This document shows positions 51,279 through 64,000 of a DNA stretch of 64,000 nucleotides, piece by piece. The notes beneath the pieces are model-generated. The model saw only the letters and a list, made by a program, of their open reading frames with translations, ran no database searches and was not told where the DNA came from. The DNA is from Mobula hypostoma (taxonomy: Eukaryota), in assembly GCF_963921235.1 (NCBI RefSeq), contig NC_086108.1, forward strand, positions 992,001-1,056,000, written 5' to 3'. Within the stretch, counting starts at the first letter, position 1. Each line of letters begins with the position of its first letter. The translations under genes and the position numbers were made by a program.

Positions 51279-52684
51279 CGGTGCCTATAAGAAGTATTCC
51301 ACCCCCCCCCCCGCTTTAATATGACATCACTGGTGCAGCAATTGGTTTTAGAAGTCACATAACTAGTTAAGAGGAGATACGTTTTGTGCAGATCTGTGTG
51401 CAGTCAAGGTGTTTCAATTGATTGTAGTAAAAATACACCTGTATCTGGAAGGTCCAACTTCTGGTGAGTCAGTATCCTGGCAAAAACTACACCATGAAGA
51501 CGAAAAGAACACTCCAAGCAACTCTGCGAAAAGGTTATTGAAAAGTCAGGAGATGGATACAAGAAAATTTCCAAGTCACTGAATATCTCAGCTAAGTTAA
51601 TCATCAAGAAATGGAAAGAATATGGCACATCTGTAAATCTGCCATCCTCAAAATTGAGTGACCGTCCAAGTGAGGACTAGTGAGAGAGGACACCAAGTGA
51701 CCTACAACATCTCTGGAGGAGTTACAAGCTTCAGTGGCTGAGATGGGAGAGACTGCACATACAACTGTTGCCCGGGTGCTTCAGCAGTCACAGCTTTATG
51801 GGAGAGTGGCAAAGAGAAAGCCATTGTTGAAAAAACTCACATGAAATCTTGGCTAGAGTTTGCCAGAAGCCAGGTAGGAGACTCTGAAGTCAGCTGGAAG
51901 AAGGTTCAATGGCCTGGTGAAACCAAAATTGATTTTTTTGGCCATCAGACTAAACACTATGTTTGGCGTAAACCAAACACTGCACATCATCAAAAACACA
52001 TAATCCCTACTGTGAAGCATGGTGGTGGCTGCATCGTGCTGTGGGGATGCTTCACTGCAGCAGGCCCTGGAAGGCTTGTGAAGGTAGAGGGTAAAATGAA
52101 TGCAGCAAAATACAGGGAAATTCTGGAGGAAAACCTGATGCAGTCTGCAAGAGAACAATGACTTGGGAGAAGATTTGTTTTCCAGCAAGACAATGACCCC
52201 AAGCATAAAGCCAAAGCTACACAGGAATTTCTTAAAAACAAAGTTAATGTCCTGGAGTGGCCAAATCAGAGTCCAGACCTCAATCCAATTGAGGATTAGT
52301 AGCTGAACTTGGAAAGAGTTGTTCACACATGATTCCCATGCAATCTGACAGAACTTCAGCAGTTTTATGAAAATGGGAAAAATTGCGGTGTTCAGATATG
52401 CAAAGCTGATAGAGACCTATCCACACAGACTCAAGGCTGTAATTGCTGCAAATGTGCTTTTACTAAATACTGACTTGAAGGGGATGGATACTTATGCAAT
52501 CAATTATTTTGTGTTTTATATTTGTAATTAATTTAGATTACTCTGTTTTCACTTTAACACAAAAGAGTCTTTTTCTGTTGATCAGTTGTCAAAAAAGCCA
52601 ATTTAAATCCTTTGTGATTCAAAGTTGTAAAACATGAAAACTTCCGGGCTGAGGGGGGTGGGTGAATACTTTCTATAGGCACTG
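51279..52684 (+). mobile_element. Tc1-like DNA transposon fossil
   Basis: TIRs cggtgcctataagaagtattc / gaatactttctataggcactg; inserted in a Rex1-like fragment (~51215-52960). Confidence 0.92.
51494..52473 (+). pseudogene. Tc1 transposase pseudogene
   Basis: MKTK..., [39 protein letters not shown], ...TKY*; first catalytic Asp lost (WPGETK); multiple frameshifts and stops. Confidence 0.92.
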
Positions 52685-53059
52685 CATATTCAGTATGGTT
52701 ACATAAAAATGGCCAGCAACATCATAAAGGATCCCACCCATCCTGCTCCTAGACTGTTTGTCCCACTCCCTGCAGGAGGGTGGCTACGTAGCATCCACAC
52801 CAGGACCATCAGACCCACAGATAGTTGCTTTCCCCAAGCAGATAAGTTGATCAACACCTCCACCCACCTACCCACGCCTCCCCACCCCCAACCACCACTA
52901 CTTTATCATTTCCTGTCAGAACCACCTTCTGTACTCCTGTACCTAGCGTCACTTTAAGGACATAAGGCATTGGTGGCAGCGGAAAGCAGGCACAGCACCA
53001 ACCAAATGCAGTGAGTCCTTTCTCCTTGCATGGGGTCTTTTCTTATTTTTTAAACCATA

Positions 53060-56000
53060 AAAGAGAGAGTCTAGCAGAGCGGCCATCTTTGGGCTGGCCA
53101 TCGTCGGAGTGTGCTTTGATTCAAAAGGCTTCGACGAGAGGAGGCTGAGGTCAAAGAAACAGTTAAGAAGGGTAGGTTTTTCCTTTTGTTATTGCTGATT
53201 TGGGCTTGGTTGCCCATAGTACAGTGCAGACAGGATGACAGATATGGCAGTGGAATGCGTAGCCCTCCGGTGAAAAATGATATTGTATCTGTTAAATAGG
53301 GGCCGTGGACAAATCTGATTTGATGGAGATGGACGTGAAAGTACAGAGGAACATCTGGAGAAATTTCTGAAACGCCCGTTCGCTGCTGTCGTTACCGTGT
53401 GGTCAGGAATCTTTCGGAGGGTAGCCCTCAAAATCCCCGGCCTTGCCTGCTTTTGGCAACCGAGAAGGAAGTCGAATCGTTCGGACAGAGATGACGCTCA
53501 GTACTCGGTGTTGGAGAGCTGATCAGAGTTCGAAGTTTTCTGATGACTCAGAGACGGATTGTGGTCGGGCATGGCAGGGAGAGTTTTTCTTCCTTCTCCC
53601 GTCTACCTGAGATGTGGGACATTTGAGAAACTTTGAACTTTACTGTGTTCACGGACTTCTTCATCAAGTTACGGTATTGTTGCACTGTTTGTAACTATAT
53701 GTTATAATTATGTGGTTTTGTCAGTTTTTTCAGTCTTGGTCTGTCCTGTGTTTTGTGATATCACACCGGAGGAAATATTGTATCATTTCTTAATGCATAC
53801 ATTACTAAATAACAATAAAAGAGGACTGCGTGTCTTCATAATCTCCTGTAGGATGCGGGAATTCATGAAACCTGATGGTCTCTCTGATGACTATGCTTGT
53901 GGGAAGTGTAGCCACCTCCAGCTCCTGAAACACCGCATTAAGGAGCTGGAGCTGGATTTGGATGAACTGGAGATCATCCAGGAGGCAGAGCAATTGATAG
54001 ATAAGACTTTTGAGCAGGTGGTTACATCCAGAGTGCAGGGTTCAGGGAGCAGATGGGTGAACACCGAAAGAGGAAAAGGGAGAAAGAAGTCAGCCCAGGG
54101 TCCCCCTGGGGCCATTCCCCTCAGCAACAGGTATTTCCCTTTGGATACTGATGAGGGGGTGACGTATCTGGGCAAGGCAGCAGCAGCCAGATCAATAGCA
54201 CTGTGCTTGTCTCTGAGCCTCAGAAGGGTAGGGTGAGTCAGGCAGACTCAGCCATGGGGTACTTAATAGTTAGGGAGACAGATAGGAGATGTAAAGAATC
54301 ACCAGGATAGTGTGTTGCCTTCAGGGTGTTAGGGTCGAGGATGTCTCAGAGCGGTTGCTGAATATTCTTGAAGAGGAGGGTGAGCAGCCAGAGGTCTTGG
54401 TACATGTTGGTACCAATGACATAGTCAGGAGAGGGATAGAGGTCCAGCACAGTAAATTCAGGGAGCTGGGAAGGAGGCCAAAGAGCAGGACCTCCAAGGT
54501 GCTAATCTCTGGATTACCCCCAGTGCCATGAGCCAGTGAAGGTCAGAACAGGAAGATAGCACAGATGAACGAGTGGCTGAGGAGATGGTGCAGGGGGCAG
54601 GGTTTCAAGCTCTTGGATCATTGAACCCTTTTCTGGGGAAGGTGTGACCTGTACAAGTGGGACGGGTTGCAGCTAAAGTGAAAGGAACCAAAATCCTGGG
54701 AGGGAGGTTTGCTAATGCTATTGGGGAGGGCTTAAACTAGATTTGCAGGGGGTTGGGAACTGAAGTGAAGAGGCAGAGGATGGGGTGGTTGGCACACAGT
54801 AGAGACAGCTTGTAGGGAGTTTGTCAGGGAGGATAATCAGGTGTTAGAGCAAAGATGCACTCAGTCAGATGGTTTGAGATGTGTCTATTTCAATGCAAGG
54901 AGTATCATAACAAGGCGGATGAACTTAGAGCGTAGATCAATACGACGAACTATGATGTTGTGGCCATTACAGAGACTTGGACGTCTCAGGGGCAGGAATG
55001 GCTGCTGAGTATGCCAGGCTTTAGATGTTTCAAAAAGGACAGGGAGGGAGGCAAAAGAGGTGGGGGAGTGGCGTGGCTAATCAGGGATACTATCACGGCT
55101 GCAGGAAAGGAGGAGGTCATGGAGGAATTATTTACTGAATCAGTGTGGGTGGAAGTCAGAAACAGGAAGGCAGCAATAACTCTACTGGACCTCCCCCCAT
55201 TGTAACAGAGACATTGAGGAGTAGAAAGGGAGGCAGATTCTGCAACGGTGCAATAATAGAGTTATTGTGATGAGTGATTTTAACTTTCCTCATATTGACT
55301 GGCATCTCCTTAGAGCAAGGGTTTTGGATGGGGTGGAGTTTGTTAGATGTGTTCAGGAAGGTTTCCTGATTCAAAATGTCGATAAGCTAACTAGAAGAGA
55401 GGCTGTAATTGATCTGGTATTGGGAATCGAAGCTGGTCGGGTGTAGTGATCACAACTCTATCTCCTTTATCACAGCACTGGAGAGGGACAGGAGCAGACA
55501 ATTTGGAAAAACAGTTAATTGGGGTAGGGGGAGATATGATGTTATTAGGCAGAAAGTTGGGAGCATAAATTGGGAGCAAATGTTCTCAAGAAAATTCACG
55601 GCAGAAACGTGGCAAATGTTCAGGGAACATTGGCATGGCGTTCTGCATAGGTGTGTTCCACTGAGGCAGGGAAAGGATGGTAGGGTAAAAGAACTATGGT
55701 GTACAAAGGATGTAGAAAATCTAGTTAGGAAGAAAAGAAAACCTTCTGAAAGGTTCAAGAAACTAGGTACTGTTAGATCTCTAGAAAATTACAAGGTTGC
55801 CAGGAAGGAGTTTAGGAATGAAATTAGGAGAGCTAGAAGGGGTCATGAGGAGGCCTTGGTGAGCAGGATTAAGGAAAACCCCAAGGCATTCTACAGGAAT
55901 GTGAAAAGCAGGAGGAGGAGCTGTGTGAGAATAGGACCAATCAGGTGCGACAGTGGAAATGTGTGCATGGAGTCGGAGTAGGTAATGGAGGTACTTAATG

Positions 56001-58235
56001 AATAGTTTACTTCAGTGTTCATCAGGGAATAGGACATTGGCAATTGTGGGGATGACTTTCAGCGGACTGAAAGCTTGAGCATATAGACATTAAGAAAGAG
56101 GATGTGCTGGAGCTTTTGAAAAGCATTATTTAGGTAAGTCACCAGGTATGAATGAGATATATGGCAGGCTACTGTGGGAAGCAAAGGAGGAGATTGCTGA
56201 GCCTCTGGCGATGATCTTTGCATCATCAATAGGGATGTGAGAGGTACCGGAGAACTGGAGGGTTGCAAATATTGTTTCTTTGTTCAAAAAAGTGAGTTGA
56301 GATAACCCGGGAAATTAAGTGGTGGGCAAGTTGTTGGAGAAGATCCTGACAAGCAGGATTTATGAGCATTTGGAGAGACATAATCTGATTAGAGATAGTC
56401 AGCATGGCTTTGTCAAGGACAGTTTGTGCCTTACAAGCCCGATTGAGTTCTTTGAGGATGTAACAAAACACACTGATGAAGGTAGAGCAGTGGATGTAGT
56501 GTATATAGATTTCGGTAAGGCATTTGATAAGGTTCCTCGTGCAAGGCTCATTCATAAAGTAAGGAGGCATGGTATCCAAGGAGACCTTGCTTTGTGGATT
56601 CAAAATTGGCTTGACCACAGAAGGCAAAGGTGGTTGTAGGTGGTTCGTATTCTACATGGAGGTCGGTGACCAATGGTGTTCCGCAGGGATCTGTTCTGTG
56701 ACACCTCCTCTTTGTGGTTTTTATAAATGACCTGGATGAGGAAGGAGAAGTGTGGGTTAGTAAGTTTACTGATGACACAAAAGTAGGGGGTGTTGTGGAT
56801 AGTCTAGAAGGTTGTCAGAGGTTACAGTGGGACATTGATAGGATGTAGAAATGGGTTGAGAAGTGGTAGATGGAGATAAACCCATATAAGTATGAAATAG
56901 TTCATTTTGGTAGGTCAAATTTGAAGTCAGAATATAGTATTAATGGTAAGACTCTTGGCAGTGTGGAGGATCAGTGAGATCTTGGGGTTCATGTCTATAG
57001 GACACTCAGAGCTGGTCTGCAGGTTGACAGTGTTGTTAAGAAGGCATATGGTGTGTTGACATTCATCAACTGTGGGATTGAGTTCAAGAGCCATGAGATA
57101 ATGTTACAGCTATGTAAGACCTTAGTTAGACCTCACTTGGAGTACCGTGTTCAGTTCTGGTCACCTCACTACAGGAAGGATGTGGATACTGTAGAAAGAG
57201 TGTGGAGGAGATTTACAAGAATATTACCTGGATTGGAAGGCATACCTTATGAGAATAGGTTGAGTGAACTTGGCCTTTTCTCCTCGTAGTGACTAAGAAA
57301 GAGAGGTGACTTGATAGAGATGTATAAGATGATGAGAGGCATTGATCGTGGGGATAGTCAGAGGCTTTTTCAGGGCTGAAATGGCTCACAGGAGGAGGCA
57401 TAGTTTTAAGGTGCTTCAAAGTAGATCGGGGGATATCAGAGGTAAGATTTTCGTACAGAGAGTGGTGGGTGTGTGGAATGCACTGCCAGTGATAGTGGTA
57501 GAAGGGTATACAATATGGTCTCTTAAGAGACTTAGATATTGTGTTGTGAACAGTTTTGGGCCCGTCATCTTAGAAGAGATGTGCTGGCATTGGAGAGGGT
57601 CCAGAGGAGATTCACAATGATGATTCCAGGAATGAAAGGGTTATCATATGAGGAACATTTGATGGCTGTGGGTCTGTACTTGCTGGAATTCAGAAAGATG
57701 AGGGGGGGATCTCATTGAAACCTTTCCAATGTTGAAAGGCCTAGACAGCGTAGATGTGGAAAGGATGTTTCCCATGGTGGGGGAGTCTAGGACGAGAGGG
57801 CACAGCCTCAGGGGAGAGGGGCACCCTTTCAAAACAGAGATGTGGAGAAATTTCTTTGGCCAAAGGGTGGTGAATTTGTGGACTTTGTTGCCACATGCAG
57901 CCGTGGAGTCCAGGTCTCGGGTGTATTTAAGGCAGAGATTGATAGGTTCTTGATTGGACATGGCATCAAAGGTTACGGGGAGAAGGCTGGGAACTGGGGT
58001 TGAGGAGGAGATAGGAAAAAAGGATCAGCCATAATTGAACGGTGGAGCAGACTCAATGGGCCAGATGGCCTAACTCTGCTCCTACGTCTTATGGTCTAAA
58101 TAGGTACATGGAAGTTAGAAAGATAGAGAGCAATGTAATAGGGAAATTCTAGGCAGTTTCTAGAGTAGGGTACGTGGTTGGTACAACATTGCAGGCCAGA
58201 GGGCCTATAATGTGCTGTAGATTTCTATGTTCTAT
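53060..58235 (+). mobile_element. Near full-length but decayed CR1 LINE with two nested inserts
   Basis: ORF1 (MAVEC..SCRM..YACGKC; VHVGTND) and ORF2 fragments 54960-57620; nested CR1 3' end ~57536-58098; (ttctatg) tail at ~58230. Confidence 0.88.
53265..53843 (+). mobile_element. Unclassified ~580-bp insertion splitting CR1 ORF1
   Basis: Lies between ...GAATGC and TCCTGTAGGATG of the ORF1 zinc finger; CpG-rich 5' part, T-rich 3' part, AATAAA then cataatct end. Confidence 0.6.
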
Positions 58236-58608
58236 ACAACAAACCTATTTATATAAGCTATCTTTCTTACGTATCGTAGTGTAGTAGTTAACACAACACT
58301 TCACAGTCCAGCCACCCTTGTTCAATTCTTGATGCTGCCTGTGAGGAATTTATATGTTTTCCCTGTGACCTTTTACAGTCCAAACATGTATGGTTAGTGG
58401 GGTAACTGATCATTGTAAATTGTCCCGTGATGAGGTCAGGGTTTAGCTGTGGTTTGCTGGCTGGCACGGCCTAAAGGGCTGGAAGGGCCTATTACACACT
58501 GTATCTGAATAAAGGAATGAAAGTAGTTATATTTATTGTGTTTTCTCTATTATTATATTCTTTATCTTATTGTGTTTTTGTGCTGTAACATACCCAGAGT
58601 AACAATTA

Positions 58609-59150
58609 CAGAACTGTGCAAAAGTCGCAGTATATACCATTTGTATATATCTAGGGGGTCTAAGACTTTGGTACAGCACTGTATTTGTCAACGTGAAGCA
58701 GAGAGTGATTTGTAAATCTGGCAGGAGCAAAGGATGTTGGGAATGGGGACAGTGGAGTGCCACGGGAGGGGAGTGGGACAGGTGGCAGAGAGGGAGTGCC
58801 AGGGGTGGGGGGTGGTGGCGTGGGTGCAGACACACCCAGCCCTGAGACACCAGCCAAGGTCATCTGATTCCAAACAATTGGTTTATTGATCATTACAGAA
58901 TGTCTCTCTGGGACTTCCCACTCCCTCCAATCTCCCTTCCCCTTTTCCCAGTCATGATTCCCCCCTCCCTGCCCCTGTCCCACTCTCAGTCCACAACAGA
59001 GACCCATATCAGAACCAGGTTTATCATCACTCTCCCGTGTCATGCAGTTTGTTTTTCCTGTGTGGCAGCAGCACAATGCAATGCATAATATTAACTACAG
59101 TTCTGTGCAAAAGTCTCAGGCTCCCCTGCTAAGGGTTTTGCACAGTACTC
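58609..59150 (+). mobile_element. Composite non-autonomous element bounded by two Tc1-like mini-MITEs (copy 1)
   Basis: Mini-MITEs 58609-58681 and 59098-59150 (TIR cagtactgtgcaaaagtc, TA-flanked) enclose a ~415-bp core also found at 60197-60620 (-) and ~60795-61320 (+). Confidence 0.7.
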
Positions 59151-61699
59151 TACTTAAGGTGGAGAGGAATGAATAGTTGAAAGATTCAGTAAGTAAGGGT
59201 GAAGGAAGACTGATACAGAAGACAAGATGAGGCCAACGTCGACAAGTCATGATCATATTGAGTGGCGGGGTAGACTTGATGGTCCAAGCAGCCACCTCCT
59301 CTGCTTCTGTATTGTTGTGTTGTGGTCACTGTTTTCTCTAGGGGGATGAGGGGTGTGTTGGGGAGAGACAGGATTCATGTGAGTGAGAGTGGTCTGAGAG
59401 ATAGAAAGGACTTGATGGGCTGAATGAATATTAACAGATTTGAGGGAATTACTGTTGGAGATGATGGAGGAGACGAGCTGGGGACCGAGTGAGAAGGGAA
59501 AGGAAGCAACTGTGAATGTCCTGCTGGGACAGGGGTCTTTTCCTGGTGCTGAACACTATTGTGAGGTGCCATTATTCTGTAGCAGTTAGCACATCACCTT
59601 ACAGTGCTAGTGGTGAGATAGGGGTTCAATGTAAGGGGTTGGTGCGTTCTCCCCAGGACCACGTGGATTTCCTCCATTGGCTCCAGTTTCCTCCCACAGT
59701 CCAAAGCTGTAGGGGTTAGGCTCAGTAACTTGTGGACACCTGAAGCATGGTGATACTTGCAGACTGCCCCCAGCACAAACCTCATTGATTTGATTCGCTG
59801 CCAACGCCACATTTCACTGTATGTTTCGATGTACATGTGACAACTAAAGCTAATCTTTATAATTTTCTGTGGTTATCTGGGGGATCTTGCTATGCACAGA
59901 TCAGACAGATCAGATTTGCAACGGTGAGGACACTTGTCGGCTTGAGATGGTGTAGGGTGCGATAAAAAGGCAAGGCTTTCTGCAGAGCCCATGCCTCTAA
60001 CCACATACCTCCCCCAGTCTGATCTCACCTACCACCTGTCAGCTTGTACACCTCCTCCTCCCTCTCCTTCTTATCCTGGCCTCCTCCTCCTTCCTTTCCG
60101 GTCCTGACGAAGGGTATCTGCCCAAAATATCGACTGCTTATTCCCCCTCATCAATGCTGCCCGAACTGCTGATTTCCTCCAGGATCTTAGAACATGTAAT
60201 ATTGTGCAGAAGTCTTAGGCACATTTATATAGCAAGGGTGCTGAAGACTTTTGCACAGTACTGTAGTAATTTTATGCATTGCACTGAAATGCTGCTGCAA
60301 AAAAAGAAATTACTTGACATGTGAGTGATGATAAACCTGATTCTGATATGGGTCTCTACTGAGAGTGGGAAGGGACAGGGAGAGGGGAATCATGTTGAGG
60401 AGAGGGGAGGGAGTGGAAACACAGAGAGCCATTCTGTAATGGATCAGTAACCCAGTTGTCTGGTGTCTCAGGGCTGAGTGTGTCTGCACTCCTCTGCCAC
60501 CTGTCCCCCACCCCTCCTGGGGCCCTCCACCCTCACCGTTTCCAAAATCCTTTGCTCCTACCAGATTTACAAACTCACTCTCCACTCCACGTTAACAGAT
60601 ACAGCACTGTGCAAAAGTCATACGCATTCTGTATGTGTAAACATATGTCTGTACGTTCTCCCTGCGACTGCGTGGGTTTCGTCCGGGTGCTTTGGTTCCC
60701 TCCTACATTCCGAAGACGTACTCGTTAGGGTTAGTGAGTTGTGGGTACGCTATGTTGGCACCAAAAGCACAGCCGCACTTGCAAATCGTCGTACTGTAAA
60801 TCTGGTGGGGGGAAGGGATCACAAACAAGATGCAGATGCTGATGACCGTACTGTTTTCCTAGTGGCTGCCTGGCCTGCTGCATTCCTCCAGCATTTTGTG
60901 GGAGCACAGGACGTTGGGAATGGTGAGGGTGGAGCACTACAGGAGGGGTGTGGGACAGGTGACAGGGAAGCAGTGCCGAGGGTGGGGGCTGGTGGCGTGG
61001 GTGCAGACACAGCCAGCCCTGAGACACCAGGCAGGGTCATTTGATTCCAAACAATTGGTTTATTGATCATTACAGAATGTCTCTCTGGTGCTTCCTGCTC
61101 CCTCCCCTCTCCCTTCCCCTTTTCCCAACCATGATTCCCCTCTCCCTGCCCCCTTCCCACTCTCAGTACACAATAGAGACCTATATCAGAATCAGGTTTA
61201 TCAACACTCACGTGTGTCATGAAATTTGTGTTTTTTGTGGCAGCAATACAATGCAATGCATAACATTACTACAGTACTGTGCAAGGTTCTGAGCCACCCC
61301 AGCGATATATATCTCTGTATGCTTCCTGTGGTGCCTCTGTACAAAGTGGTGTAAAATGGGTAAGGTTTCATACTCTTGAGGTTACGGTGACAGGCGGACA
61401 GACCTTGTCATCCCTTCCACTCCCATGAAGGGCCTTGAAGCGGCTTTTAACTCCCCCAGGAACAGGATGACGTCAGCAGGTAGCATAATGACAGACTCCA
61501 TCTCATCAAACGCATCATGCCTGGCAACCCCATCTTCCTCAGAAGCAGTGTTGATGTCTCGATAAACAACAGCTTGTTGTTTATGGGACTGGTTTAATGT
61601 GTGGGAAGGTCCCAGGGCACTACACCAGAGTGTTATCAAACATAAACTGATGCCGATCTACCTGAGGGGATACGAGGGCTGGAAATGCAAAGATGGGTG

Positions 61700-62555
61700 G
61701 GAGGGAGAGGAGAGCAGGAAGGTTGAAGGGGGGATTTGAGAGCTCAGGGGATGAAGGGGAGGGCAAGGAATTTGAAGCTGGGAGAGAGCTCAGGGGAGGG
61801 ATAGGAGGGCAAGAGAGGAGGGAGAAAGCTCAGGGGAAGAACAGGAGGGCAAGATGTTGAAGGGTGGATTTGAGTGCTCGGGGTAGTGATAGCAGGGCAA
61901 GCAAGTCGAAGAAGAGGAAGAGAGCTCAGGGGAGGGAGAGGAGAGCAAGGATATTGAAGGAGGGAATTGAAAGCTCGGGAAGGATGAGGAGGGCAAGGAC
62001 ATTGAAGGGGGAAGTTGAGAGCTTGGGGGAGTGAGAGCAGGGAGAGGAGAGCTCTCAAGATGGAGAGGAGAGCAAGAGAGGAGGGAGTGCTCTCGGGATG
62101 AGAGGAGGGAAAGATTGAAGAGGGTATTTGAAAGGAGGGCAAGGAGGTTGAAAGGGGGAATTGAGAGCTCGGGAAGGGTGAGGAGGGCAAAGATGCTGAA
62201 GGGGTGATTGATGATTGGAAGCTCAGGGTCGGAAGTGGAGGGCAAGGAGGTTGAAGAGGAATTCGAGAACTCAGGGGAGTGAGAAGTGGGCAAGGACATT
62301 GAAGGGGAATTTGAGAATGGGAGGGAGAGTAGGACATGTAAGTTGAAGGGGGGATTTGAGGGCTCAGGAGAGGGAGAGGATGGTGAGGGGGTTGAGGGGG
62401 AATTCGATAACTCAGGTGAGACAGAGGAGGGTGAGGATATTGAAGAGGGCACTTCAGGACTCATGGGAGGGAGGGAAGGCTAAGGAGGTGGAGGGGTATT
62501 CAAGAACTCAGGGGAGGGAGAGGAAGGCAAGAAGGTTGAAAGTGGAGATTTGATA
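61700..62555. repeat. Degenerate purine-rich ~48-bp minisatellite
   Basis: Recurring ttgaagggggaattgagagctcRgggagggNgaggagggcaagga with ~47-49 bp period. Confidence 0.8.
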
Positions 62556-62589
62556 GATCAGGAGATGAAGTGCCATTGCTATTACAAAG

Positions 62590-63830
62590 GAAAAAGAGCT
62601 GGCAAACTGAAAGGTCTTAAGGTGGATAAGTCGCCTGGGCCAGGTGGACTATATCCCAGACTACTGAGAGAGGAAGCTGAAGAGATAACGGATTCATTGG
62701 TCATGATCTTTCTAGGTTTAATTGATTATGGAATGGTCCCGGAGGACTGGAAGATAGCAAATGTCACTCCACTCTTTAATGAAGAAAGAAGGCACAAGAA
62801 AGAAAATTATAGGCCAGATAGCCTAACCTCAATGGTTGGGAAAGTGTTGGAGTCTATTATTAAGGATGAAGTTTTGAGGTACTTGTGTGGGCACATGGCC
62901 AAGTGGTTAAGGCATTCGACTAGTGATATGAAGGTCGTGAGTTCGAGCCCCAGCCGAGGGAACGTGTTGTGTCCTTGAGCAAGGCACTTGATCACACAGT
63001 GCTCTGCGACGACACTGGTGCCAAGCTGTATGGGTCCTAATGCCCTTCCCTTGGACAACATTGGTGTCGTGGAGAGGAGAGACTTGCAGCATGGACAACT
63101 GCCGGTCTTCCATATAACCTTGCCCAGGCCTGTGCCCTGGAGAGTGAAGACTTTCCAGGCGCAGATCCACGGTCTCGCAAGACTAACGGATGCCTTTATT
63201 TATTTATGAGGTACTTAGACACTAATGATAAATGAAGTCAAAGTTGGCATGGTTTCTGTAAAGGGAAATCTTGCCTAAGAAATCTGTTAGAGTTCGAGGA
63301 AGTAACAAGCCGGGTGGACAAAGGAGAGGCAGTGAATGTCATTTTCTTGGAGTTTATGAAGGCATTTGATGAGGTGCCATGCGTGAGGCTGCTTAACAAG
63401 ATAAAATCCAATGGCATTACAGGAAAGTTACAGACATTGGTAGTAGATTAGTTGATAAGCAGAAGGTAGCAAGTGGAGTAAACGGGATCTTTTCTGGTTG
63501 GCAGCTGGTGACTAGTGGTATTCCTCAGGGGTCAGTATTGGGACCGCTGCTTTACACATTGTTTGTCAATGATTTAGATAATGGAACGGATGCTTTGTGG
63601 CAAAATTTGTGGATGAAAGGAAGATGGGTAGTGTTGAGGAAGCAAGTGATTGCAGCAGGACTTAGACAAATTGGAAGAATGGGAGAAAAAGCAGTGGATG
63701 GAATACAGTGTTGTGACAAGTATGATAATGCATTTTGGTAAAAGGAGCAATAGTGCAGACTATTATCTAAATAGAGAAAGGTTCAAACAAGAGAAGTGTA
63801 AAGGGACTTAGGAGTCCTTGTGCAAGACCC
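62590..63830 (+). mobile_element. Degenerate CR1 ORF2 fragment
   Basis: [39 protein letters not shown]; many stops. Confidence 0.85.
62885..63206 (+). mobile_element. Full-length tRNA-derived CORE-type SINE inserted in CR1
   Basis: Box A tggccaagtgg, box B gttcgagcc, CORE-like gtgtccttgagcaaggcactt, (ttta)n tail, 10-bp TSD tgaggtactt at 62875-62884 and 63207-63216. Confidence 0.9.
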
Positions 63831-64000
63831 CTAGAAAGCCAGAAAAACAGAGGGCTATGCTAGGGGAAATTCTAGGCAGTTTCTAGAGTAGGTTACATGG
63901 TCGGCACAACATCGTGGGCCGAAGGGCCTGTAATGTGCTGTAGATTTCTATATTCCATGTTCTATGTTCTATGGTTAAGAGAGAGAGTGGTAAAGAGGCA

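Noticed and set aside
62885..62960. tRNA gene
   Set aside because: tRNA-like head of a SINE with CORE domain, tail and 10-bp TSD

Overview
Eukaryotic, transposon-dense vertebrate DNA. The repeat inventory (CR1/HER1-type LINEs, tRNA-derived V-type SINEs, Penelope-like elements, Rex1-like tails) points to a cartilaginous fish, probably a ray; this is inference. The only host gene I can support is the 3' end of CLASRP on the + strand: a 28-nt exon (17583-17610) and a terminal exon (18421-18463, ...RDYSSSSRRRSRSHSRSPHHRH*), followed by a ~1.5 kb TE-poor 3'UTR ending near AATAAA at 19967. Neither exon appears in the supplied ORF track in its true frame. Bases 1-17582 are probably one large intron. 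Downstream the window holds nested retroelements (several young CR1s with 1-2 lesions, a Penelope RT/GIY-YIG remnant), a Tc1 fossil and three tandem arrays. One is a 34-bp array born inside a SINE. Another is a 39-bp satellite, split by four large TE insertions, with an old degenerate shell and a ~62-unit homogenised core; it may derive from CR1 ORF2. Other notable structures are hammerhead-ribozyme motifs in Penelope-derived short elements and a composite element bounded by two mini-MITEs. The long repetitive ORFs (574, 835, 836 aa) are tandem-repeat artefacts. No CRISPR array or prokaryotic system is evident. Most TE boundaries are approximate unless a TSD or TIR is quoted.
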